From Alphaproteobacteria bacterium (GTDB lineage Bacteria > Pseudomonadota > Alphaproteobacteria > Rhizobiales > Xanthobacteraceae), in assembly GCA_016869215.1 (NCBI GenBank), contig VGEP01000011.1:68629-132628 (forward strand): a stretch of DNA of 64,000 bases, written 5' to 3'. Below are positions 57,639 through 64,000 of this stretch, one piece after another; position 1 is the first letter of the stretch, and every line of letters starts with the position of its first letter. The notes beneath the pieces were generated by a model. That model searched no databases. It was not told where the DNA came from and saw only the letters and a list, made by a program, of their open reading frames with translations. Position numbers and translations under genes: made by a program.

Positions 57639-57695
57639 AGCATGATCCCGAAAAGTGGGAACCGGTTTTCGGACAAGATCATGCTCAAATAAGAG
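57636..57695. repeat. Palindromic intergenic repeat, family A copy 2
   Basis: Arms GAGCATGATC (57638-57647)/GATCATGCTC (57677-57686); starts at the cupin TAG. Confidence 0.88.
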
Positions 57696-57740
57696 ATGGT
57701 GGACGGGCTTGATTCAACGCAGTTGAATCGGACCCCAACC

Positions 57741-58448
57741 CTACATCGCCACGCGATCCTCGCGGTTGCGCCGCGGCCTGCGCATGCCCTGCCGAACCCG
57801 GCAGGCGTCTTCCGGAATCCGGCTCAGGTCGTCGAGCAGCCCGGAATAGCGCTGGCCGCTCGCGAGCGCACGGTCGAGCGCGGCCAGCGTGCGCGGCTGG
57901 CCTTCCTCGTTGTCGTCGGCCCAGGTGCGCAGGACGCCTGCGAACAACACTGCAAGCCCTTGCGCGCGGATCATGCCCTTGGGTCCGGACGCGCCGATCC
58001 CGGCGGCGGTCAGCATCCATTGCTGCGAACGCACCGCCATGGCGTTCAGCGCCAGCGCAAGGCCCGGATTGCAGCGCGCCGAGCGCCCCAGCGAGCGCAC
58101 CGCCTGCTTGTGATCGTCGAGCAGTTCGAGCCGCCGCATCAGCACGTCGAACAGCCGCTCGCGCGGCGATTCTTCGGCCATGTCGGGATCGATCTCCGAA
58201 AGCACCTTGCGGTCAAGTTCTTTCACATGCGCCGCAAGGATCGACAGCGTCGATCCGAATTCGCCGCGCAGTTCGGCCAGCGACAGCCCAGCGCGTGTAG
58301 CGACGTCGCCGAGCCCGACGCGCTCGAACGATTGCTCGGCCAGAAGCGCCATCAAGGCCGCGATCGCGCGTTCGCGCGGAGTTCCCGACGGGGCCGCGCT
58401 CCGTGCGGCGGGCCTTCGCGCTCTCGAACGGGTCGCTTTGCGGGCCAT
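57741..58448 (-). CDS. TetR/AcrR-like regulator
   Basis: HTH-like ALMALLAEQSF..VGLGDVATRAGLSL; RERLFDVLMRR. Confidence 0.8.
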   Translation of the reverse strand: MARKATRSRARRPAARSAAPSGTPRERAIAALMALLAEQSFERVGLGDVATRAGLSLAELRGEFGSTLSILAAHVKELDRKVLSEIDPDMAEESPRERLFDVLMRRLELLDDHKQAVRSLGRSARCNPGLALALNAMAVRSQQWMLTAAGIGASGPKGMIRAQGLAVLFAGVLRTWADDNEEGQPRTLAALDRALASGQRYSGLLDDLSRIPEDACRVRQGMRRPRRNREDRVAM

Positions 58449-58541
58449 GACGCGCCTCCTGACGTTCGATTGTATTCTATCAAGTTAGGAGCCTATGGGG
58501 GCGGTTCCAAGGCATCCGCAACGATACGGCCGCAAGGGCTG

Positions 58542-59378
58542 CTACCCCGCCAATTTCTTGCCGCGGCGGGTCGCCGCGGCGACCGCGCGGGTCATCAGCG
58601 GTTCGACCCCGTCCTTGCCCATGAGCACCTCCAGCGCCGCCGCGGTGGTGCCGCCGGGCGACGTCACGTTCTGGCGCAGCGTGGCGGCGGGCAGGGCCGA
58701 ACGATGCAGCAGCTCGCCCGCGCCCGCGACCGTCTGGCGCGCCAGCGTATCCGCGAGCGCGGCCGGCAGGCCGGCCGCGACGCCGGCCCTGGCCATGGCT
58801 TCCGCGAGCAGGAACACATAGGCGGGACCCGAGCCGGAGACGGCCGTCACCGCGTCCATCAGCGCCTCGTCGTTCACCCATTCAACCGAGCCGGTCGAAG
58901 CAAGCAGCGCATGTGCGAGCTTGCGCGCGGAGGCCGTCACGCGCCGGTTGCCGACCGCGACGGTGATGCCGCGGCCGATGGCGGCCGGCGTGTTCGGCAT
59001 GGCGCGCACAATGGCCGCGCTGGGCAGTGCGGCTTCGAGGAAGCCGATGGTGCGCCCGGCCATGATCGACACCGCCAAGGTTTTCCTGCCAATCAGCAGG
59101 GCGAGCGGGGGCAGCGCCTCGGGCGCGGTCTGCGGCTTGACCGCGATCACCAGCGCCGCGACGTCGCCGATCTTGCCCTTGGGGTTGATGCGCACGCCGC
59201 GTTTGGCCAGCGCCTTGATCTCCCTCGACGGCTGCGGCTCCAGCACGACCACCTTGCGCGGCGGCAGCCTGCGCGCGAGCCAGCCGTCCAGCATGGCGCC
59301 GCCCATCTTGCCGGCGCCGACCAGCACCAGCGTGCCGGGGAGCGAGGCGAGGGAGTGCTGCTTCGATGCCTTGGCCAT
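58542..59378 (-). CDS. proC: Pyrroline-5-carboxylate reductase
   Basis: GAGKMG, AVKPQ, RAMPNTP, TAVSGSGPAY, VTSPGGTT. Confidence 0.97.
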   Translation of the reverse strand: MAKASKQHSLASLPGTLVLVGAGKMGGAMLDGWLARRLPPRKVVVLEPQPSREIKALAKRGVRINPKGKIGDVAALVIAVKPQTAPEALPPLALLIGRKTLAVSIMAGRTIGFLEAALPSAAIVRAMPNTPAAIGRGITVAVGNRRVTASARKLAHALLASTGSVEWVNDEALMDAVTAVSGSGPAYVFLLAEAMARAGVAAGLPAALADTLARQTVAGAGELLHRSALPAATLRQNVTSPGGTTAAALEVLMGKDGVEPLMTRAVAAATRRGKKLAG

Positions 59379-59390
59379 GACGCCCTCGGG

Positions 59391-59489
59391 TGTCATCGTC
59401 CGCGAAGGCGGACGATCCAGTAGCCGCGATCGTTTCGACCCGGCTACAAATCGAGAATACTGGATGCCCCGCTTTCGCGGGGCATGACA
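59391..59489. repeat. REP doublet (REPIN-like), family D
   Basis: TGTCATCGTCCGCGAAGGCGGACGATCCAGTA and an inverted copy reading TGTCATGCCCCGCGAAAGCGGGGCATCCAGTA, 35-nt spacer. Confidence 0.88.
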
Positions 59490-59513
59490 AGCTGAATTGT
59501 CGGGCTTCGCCGC

Positions 59514-60014
59514 TTACGCCTCGCCGGATGTCTCGAACATGGCGGCGTCGAGCGCCTCACGAGATGGCTTGCCGGCCCAGACCACAAACTGGAACGCCGG
59601 GTAATAGCCCTCGCAGGTCTCCAGCGCGGTCGACAGCAGCGCCTGGCATTGCGGGCTCGAAGCCTCGACGCCTCCCGCCAGCACCAGGGCATGGCGGAAC
59701 ATGACCATGCCGTCCTTGAGCCACAGGTCGAAGTGCCCGATCCACAGCTGCTCGTTGATCGAGGAAATGAGCTGCTGCACCTCGGGGCGGCGGCGCTCCG
59801 GCACCTTGAGATCGAAGGCGCAGGCGAGATGCAGCGCTTCGATGTTGTGCATCCAGGTGAAGGAAATCTGGTAGTCGCTCCAGCGGCCGGCCACGATCAT
59901 TGTGATCTCGTCGTCGCCGGCGCGCTCGAACGACCAGTCGTTGAGCGAGGCGACGCGTTCGACCACGTCGAGTGGATTCGTCCGTGGATGCTCAGAGAGC
60001 TGCGTCAAGGACAT
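59514..60014 (-). CDS. YbjN-domain (T3SS-chaperone-fold) protein
   Basis: NPLDVVE, W.F.R..DDEI, INEQLWIGHFDLW, AFQFVVWAGK. Confidence 0.88.
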   Translation of the reverse strand: MSLTQLSEHPRTNPLDVVERVASLNDWSFERAGDDEITMIVAGRWSDYQISFTWMHNIEALHLACAFDLKVPERRRPEVQQLISSINEQLWIGHFDLWLKDGMVMFRHALVLAGGVEASSPQCQALLSTALETCEGYYPAFQFVVWAGKPSREALDAAMFETSGEA

Positions 60015-60402
60015 GCCGTCTCCGCTTTGTCGCTTGTAGGTGCGTTGGACCGAACGCCAAACGCACAGGCACGCGACTCCCAAGGCACGCCTAACGAGCT
60101 TCGATTGCGAGCGACCCCCCGGCTGCATCCCAATTGACTCGGCAGCAGCGAATCGCTTGCAGAGCCGAATATATCGAGCCCGAATCGGCCCGCAACAGGC
60201 GGCGTGTATAGCGAAGTCATTGAAGAGTCGCCCGGATTCCGGCGACCCCGCGAGAATCGAGATACACTGCCGACTTTGCCGCTGTGCCGCTTATGGGACA
60301 TTGTGTGGAAAAGTGGCAGCGCGGAATCGCGCCGACGGCACCTTCAAGCGAAATGAATTCGGGTTCGCTTGAGGAAACTGCGTCGAAAGCCGGAAGCAGC
60401 CT

Positions 60403-61356
60403 TCAGTCGAACAGGCTCGACACCGATTCTTCCGCAGCCGTCCGCCCGATCGCTTCGCCGATCAGGCTCGCCACCGACAGCACGCGGATGTTGCGTGCGA
60501 CCCGAACCGCTTCGGTCGGCTGGATCGAATCGGTGATGACGAGTTCCTTGAGCTTGGAGGCGGTAATGCGCGCCACCGCGCCGCCCGAAAGCACGCCGTG
60601 GGTAATGTAGGCGTGGACCGAAATCGCCCCCTGGGCCAGCAGGGCGTCGCCGGCGTTGATCAGCGTGCCGCCGGAGTCGACAATATCGTCGACCAGGATG
60701 CAGACGCGATCCTGAACGTCGCCGATCACGTTCATCACCTCGGATTCGCCCGCCCGCTCGCGGCGCTTGTCGACGATGGCGAGCGGGGCGTTGATCCGCT
60801 TGGCGAGCCCGCGGGCGCGCGCCACGCCGCCGACGTCCGGCGACACGATGGTGACCTTGCCGACGTCGAAGCGCTCCTTGATGTCGCGCGTCATCATCGG
60901 CGAGGCGTAGAGGTTGTCGGTCGGGATGTCGAAGAAGCCTTGAATCTGCCCGGCGTGCAGGTCGAGCGTCAGCACGCGGTCGGCGCCGGCGGTGGTGATG
61001 AGGTTGGCCACGAGCTTGGCTGAGATTGGCGTGCGCGGTCCGGGTTTGCGGTCCTGCCGGGCGTAGCCGAAGTAGGGGATCACCGCCGTGATGCGGTGCG
61101 CCGACGACCGGCGCAGCGCATCGGTGATGATCAGCAGTTCCATCAGGTGGTCGTTGGCCGGGAACGACGTCGACTGCACGACGAACACGTCGGCGCCGCG
61201 GACGTTCTCCTGGATCTCGACGAAAATCTCCATGTCCGCAAATCGCCGCACCACGGCCTGCGCCAGCGGAGTGGCGAGGTATGAGGCGATCGCTTCGGCG
61301 AGCTTGGGGTTGGAGTTGCCGGCGACGAGCTTGATCGCTCCATTCTTAGCCGCCAT
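60403..61356 (-). CDS. prs: Ribose-phosphate pyrophosphokinase
   Basis: [46 protein letters not shown]. Confidence 0.98.
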   Translation of the reverse strand: MAAKNGAIKLVAGNSNPKLAEAIASYLATPLAQAVVRRFADMEIFVEIQENVRGADVFVVQSTSFPANDHLMELLIITDALRRSSAHRITAVIPYFGYARQDRKPGPRTPISAKLVANLITTAGADRVLTLDLHAGQIQGFFDIPTDNLYASPMMTRDIKERFDVGKVTIVSPDVGGVARARGLAKRINAPLAIVDKRRERAGESEVMNVIGDVQDRVCILVDDIVDSGGTLINAGDALLAQGAISVHAYITHGVLSGGAVARITASKLKELVITDSIQPTEAVRVARNIRVLSVASLIGEAIGRTAAEESVSSLFD

Positions 61357-61477
61357 GGCCGCCTCCTGAAGTCCGCACGCTTTCACGGACGGCAGGGTGA
61401 TAACAAGGAGGCTCGCGGCCTGGCAATACGGACGATTTTGTTGTCCCGCTGGATTTTCCGTGGGCTTCGGGCCGGCC

Positions 61478-62020
61478 CTAGGGCCGCGCTGCCAGCGTAG
61501 CGGTGCGGGGCGTCTCGCCTGCAGCGGAGGCGACCGCGGTCCGGGCCGGCTCCGACGGTGCCGGGCGGGGCGGGGTCCGCAGGAACGCGTCGAGCCGCTC
61601 CATGCCGGCACGGGCGATCCGGCGCAATACCGCATGATCGGCCGCCGACCAGCCGTCGCGATGGTTGCCGCCGACGGCTTCCTCGCCGCCGAAGCGCTGC
61701 ACCCGGCGGCGGTTGGCATCGTAGACGTCCCAAACCCACGCCAGGGACACTTGGCCGCGCGAAACCGCCGCCGTCAGGTAACCCCTTACGCGATAGTCGG
61801 CCCGCGCGTTGCGGGACACCACGGCGACTTGGCGAGTCCCGGCTTCGTCGGCCATGGCCGAAACCAGCCGGTCGAACACCTCGGCCGGCGGTCCGTCGAT
61901 GGATTCGAATGTGACCGTTGGTCCAGAGGAGACGCCCGCGGCCGCAGCAATCTGGCCGTCGAGCTGTGCATTCGACGAACAGCCGCCGACCGCAGCCGAC
62001 AGAACGGCCGCGGTCAACAT
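61478..62020 (-). CDS. Hypothetical lipoprotein
   Basis: Lipobox VGGC; [22 protein letters not shown]; start uncertain (ORF extends to 62089). Confidence 0.7.
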   Translation of the reverse strand: MLTAAVLSAAVGGCSSNAQLDGQIAAAAGVSSGPTVTFESIDGPPAEVFDRLVSAMADEAGTRQVAVVSRNARADYRVRGYLTAAVSRGQVSLAWVWDVYDANRRRVQRFGGEEAVGGNHRDGWSAADHAVLRRIARAGMERLDAFLRTPPRPAPSEPARTAVASAAGETPRTATLAARP

Positions 62021-62196
62021 CGCGAACAAGCGATTGGATCGCCCCCACCGCCGCGCGCAACTCGCGCGACGTACGCCACCCGGCCGCATTCGACACCCCC
62101 GCGGCCCGTTGTCGTCCTTCTGATCGAGACAACGCGGGCCGCCCGCCGAATTGGTAGCGGCAATTCCGGCGGCGGTCCATCCGCTGGAAGCTGCGG

Positions 62197-62964
62197 TCAG
62201 TCCACCAGCGCAATCGCGTTGATATGGCGGCCGTAATCGGGCTCGGAGCGGTGGGTGGCGCGCCGGTACGAGTAGAATTGCACCGGGTCGGCGTAGGTGC
62301 AGTGGCCGAGGTCCTCGATCTGCGCGATGCCGGCGCGCTCGAGGCGTTGGATGACATAGCCCGCCAGATCGAACATGGCGTGGCCTTCGCGCTCGCCGGG
62401 CGCAAAGAAGCGCTTGTTGCCAGGATCGGCCGCCACGAAGCGCTCGATCAGGTCGGCGCCGACCTCGTAGCTCGGTTGCCGGATCATCGGGCCCGCGGCG
62501 GCGACGATCCGGCCGCGGCTTGCGCCGAGGCTCTCCATCGCAGCGACCGTCGCCTCGATCACGCCGGTCAACGCACCGCGCCAGCCCGCATGCGCTGCTC
62601 CGACCACCCGCGCCTCGCTATCGGCGAACAGCACCGGGCCGCAATCGGCGGTCGACACGGCGACCGCCAGGCCCGGTGTGCGGGTCACAATGGCGTCGGC
62701 GCGCGGACGGTCGCTCGCGGGCCAAGGCGTTTCGGCGACCGCCACTTCGGGCGAATGGATCTGGAAGCAGGTGAGGAACCGGTCGGACTTGACCGACAGC
62801 GCCGCGGCCATCCGTGCGCGGTTCTCCGCGACCCTGGCCGGCGCGTCCTCGGAGCCGACGCCGCCGTTGAGGCTCGCATAGACGCCGTCCGACACGCCAC
62901 CTGCGCGTGTGAAGAACGCATGCCGGACGCCCGGAACTTCGGACAGCTTGCGGGATTGCAGCAT
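62197..62964 (-). CDS. pgeF: PgeF/YfiH/RL5 family (peptidoglycan editing factor, purine nucleoside phosphorylase-like)
   Basis: HAFFTRAGGVS, QIHS, ADAIVT, TADCGPVL, AAHAGWRG, FYSYRR. Confidence 0.95.
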   Translation of the reverse strand: MLQSRKLSEVPGVRHAFFTRAGGVSDGVYASLNGGVGSEDAPARVAENRARMAAALSVKSDRFLTCFQIHSPEVAVAETPWPASDRPRADAIVTRTPGLAVAVSTADCGPVLFADSEARVVGAAHAGWRGALTGVIEATVAAMESLGASRGRIVAAAGPMIRQPSYEVGADLIERFVAADPGNKRFFAPGEREGHAMFDLAGYVIQRLERAGIAQIEDLGHCTYADPVQFYSYRRATHRSEPDYGRHINAIALVD

Positions 62965-63008
62965 CGAAGACCTCGGACCTGTCGCCGCAACATCGGCGAT
63001 TCCGGCGT

Positions 63009-64000
63009 TCAAGGCACCGGCTCGAAGCCAGGAAGGTCGCCGAGCTTCGGATCGGCGAAAGCGATGGCCTTGAACAGCCGGCCCATCTCGCCGCGGCCTT
63101 CGCCAAGCAGGCGCTGCACGCCGGCGTCGACCTCGTCGCCCTTCTCGCGCGGCACATAGGCCTTGAGCGCCAGCGCGCGTTTCTCGACGCCAAGATTGCG
63201 CAGGAACTGGGCCTGCTCGACCGGACCGAAAGTGCGGGCGCCCATCCGCTCGGCGGCGAGCGCCAGTGCCTGGAAGTCGACATGGGCGGTGAGGTCGACC
63301 TCGCCCGGCGACACCAGCGGATTGGCGAAGGCGTGGCCTCCCACTGCCTGCAGCGTCTCGCCGACCGCGCTTTGGGCGTGGCCGTAATCGACGATCAGCG
63401 CCGCGCCGTGCTGGCTCACGACGCGCTGGCCGATGGCAAGACCGAGATGCTCGGACCGCCACTCGTAGATCGAGCCGATCGGTGCGTCGCGCACCTGCGG
63501 CGGCAGCATCTGCTCAAACAGTGGAATTTGTTCGTCGCTGATTCCGAAGGCGAGGCTGCCGGCATTGTCGATCTCGACTGTGCGCTCGTACCAGCCGTTG
63601 AACTGCTTGATCGCCTGGTTGACCGGGAGGGCGTCGACGAATTCGTTGGCGAGGACGATCACCTGACCCTCGGGCACGTCTTCAAACGATTCGTGCCACA
63701 TCACCGGCACGTCGAGCGCGCCGAAAGACACCTCCTGCCGCTTGCGCAGCACGGGGCTCGCCTCGACCAGATGCACGACGATGGCCTGGCGGAACTTCGG
63801 CACCACCTGCGCCGCGCGCAGCGCGTCCAGCAGCATGGTGCCGCGGCCGGGGCCGAGCTCCACCAGCCGCACGTTCTCGGGCTGGCCCATCAGGTGCCAC
63901 GCCGATGCAGCCCACAGCCCGATCAGTTCACCGAACACCTGGCTGATCTCCGGCGAGGTGGTGAAATCGCCGGTGCGCCCCAGCGGGTCGCGCGTCATGT
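63009..64000 (-). CDS. MidA/NDUFAF7-family SAM-dependent methyltransferase (5' end outside window)
   Basis: GDFTTSPEISQVFGE, LVELGPGRG, ANEFVDALP, DYG, DLTAHVDF. Confidence 0.92.
   Translation of the reverse strand, partial: MTRDPLGRTGDFTTSPEISQVFGELIGLWAASAWHLMGQPENVRLVELGPGRGTMLLDALRAAQVVPKFRQAIVVHLVEASPVLRKRQEVSFGALDVPVMWHESFEDVPEGQVIVLANEFVDALPVNQAIKQFNGWYERTVEIDNAGSLAFGISDEQIPLFEQMLPPQVRDAPIGSIYEWRSEHLGLAIGQRVVSQHGAALIVDYGHAQSAVGETLQAVGGHAFANPLVSPGEVDLTAHVDFQALALAAERMGARTFGPVEQAQFLRNLGVEKRALALKAYVPREKGDEVDAGVQRLLGEGRGEMGRLFKAIAFADPKLGDLPGFEPVP

Noticed and set aside
60005-60428. Small ORFs in the prs-ybjN gap (60005..60301-, 60040..60372+, 60284..60610+)
   Set aside because: No RBS, motifs or host-like codon pattern; they overlap neighbours.

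Overview
A ~67% GC alphaproteobacterial chromosomal segment, most likely Hyphomicrobiales (Xanthobacteraceae/Nitrobacteraceae-like, judged from gene order, porin N-termini and repeat families). The left half (0-38 kb) is accessory transport and catabolism. It holds four TRAP DctP binding proteins (two full dctPQM operons), a Liv-type ABC transporter flanked by two acyl-CoA ligases, a lone molybdenum-hydroxylase large subunit, glcEF, an amidase, a cyclase, RidA, a TorF porin and an SpdH-like flavoprotein. The right half (38-64 kb) is mostly core genes: groESL with CIRCE, two Omp25-like porins, uvrC-pgsA-moaDE, prmB, ilvE, a MarR/OmpR/EnvZ trio, proC, ybjN, prs, pgeF and a partial MidA-type methyltransferase. 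I found no rRNA, tRNA, CRISPR array, transposase, integrase or phage structural gene. The main items for follow-up are: (1) an orphan Nif11-type double-glycine RiPP/bacteriocin precursor with a Cys-free, repetitive amphipathic core (21352-21798); (2) a ~370-nt intergenic element made almost entirely of nested hairpins (22701-23074); (3) a methyltransferase/pyruvyltransferase-like fusion paired with a TPR-glycosyltransferase (50139-53224); (4) a signal-less SBP-fold protein beside a divergent ketopantoate-reductase-like protein; (5) a low-GC HIRAN-like/TM gene inserted in a conserved operon; (6) an amidohydrolase with altered catalytic residues inserted between uvrC and pgsA; (7) four families of small palindromic repeats, two with compensatory changes; (8) a dienelactone hydrolase with a premature TAA next to a truncated MarC. 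All family assignments are by motif recognition without database searches. Start codons were refined by eye from RBS context.
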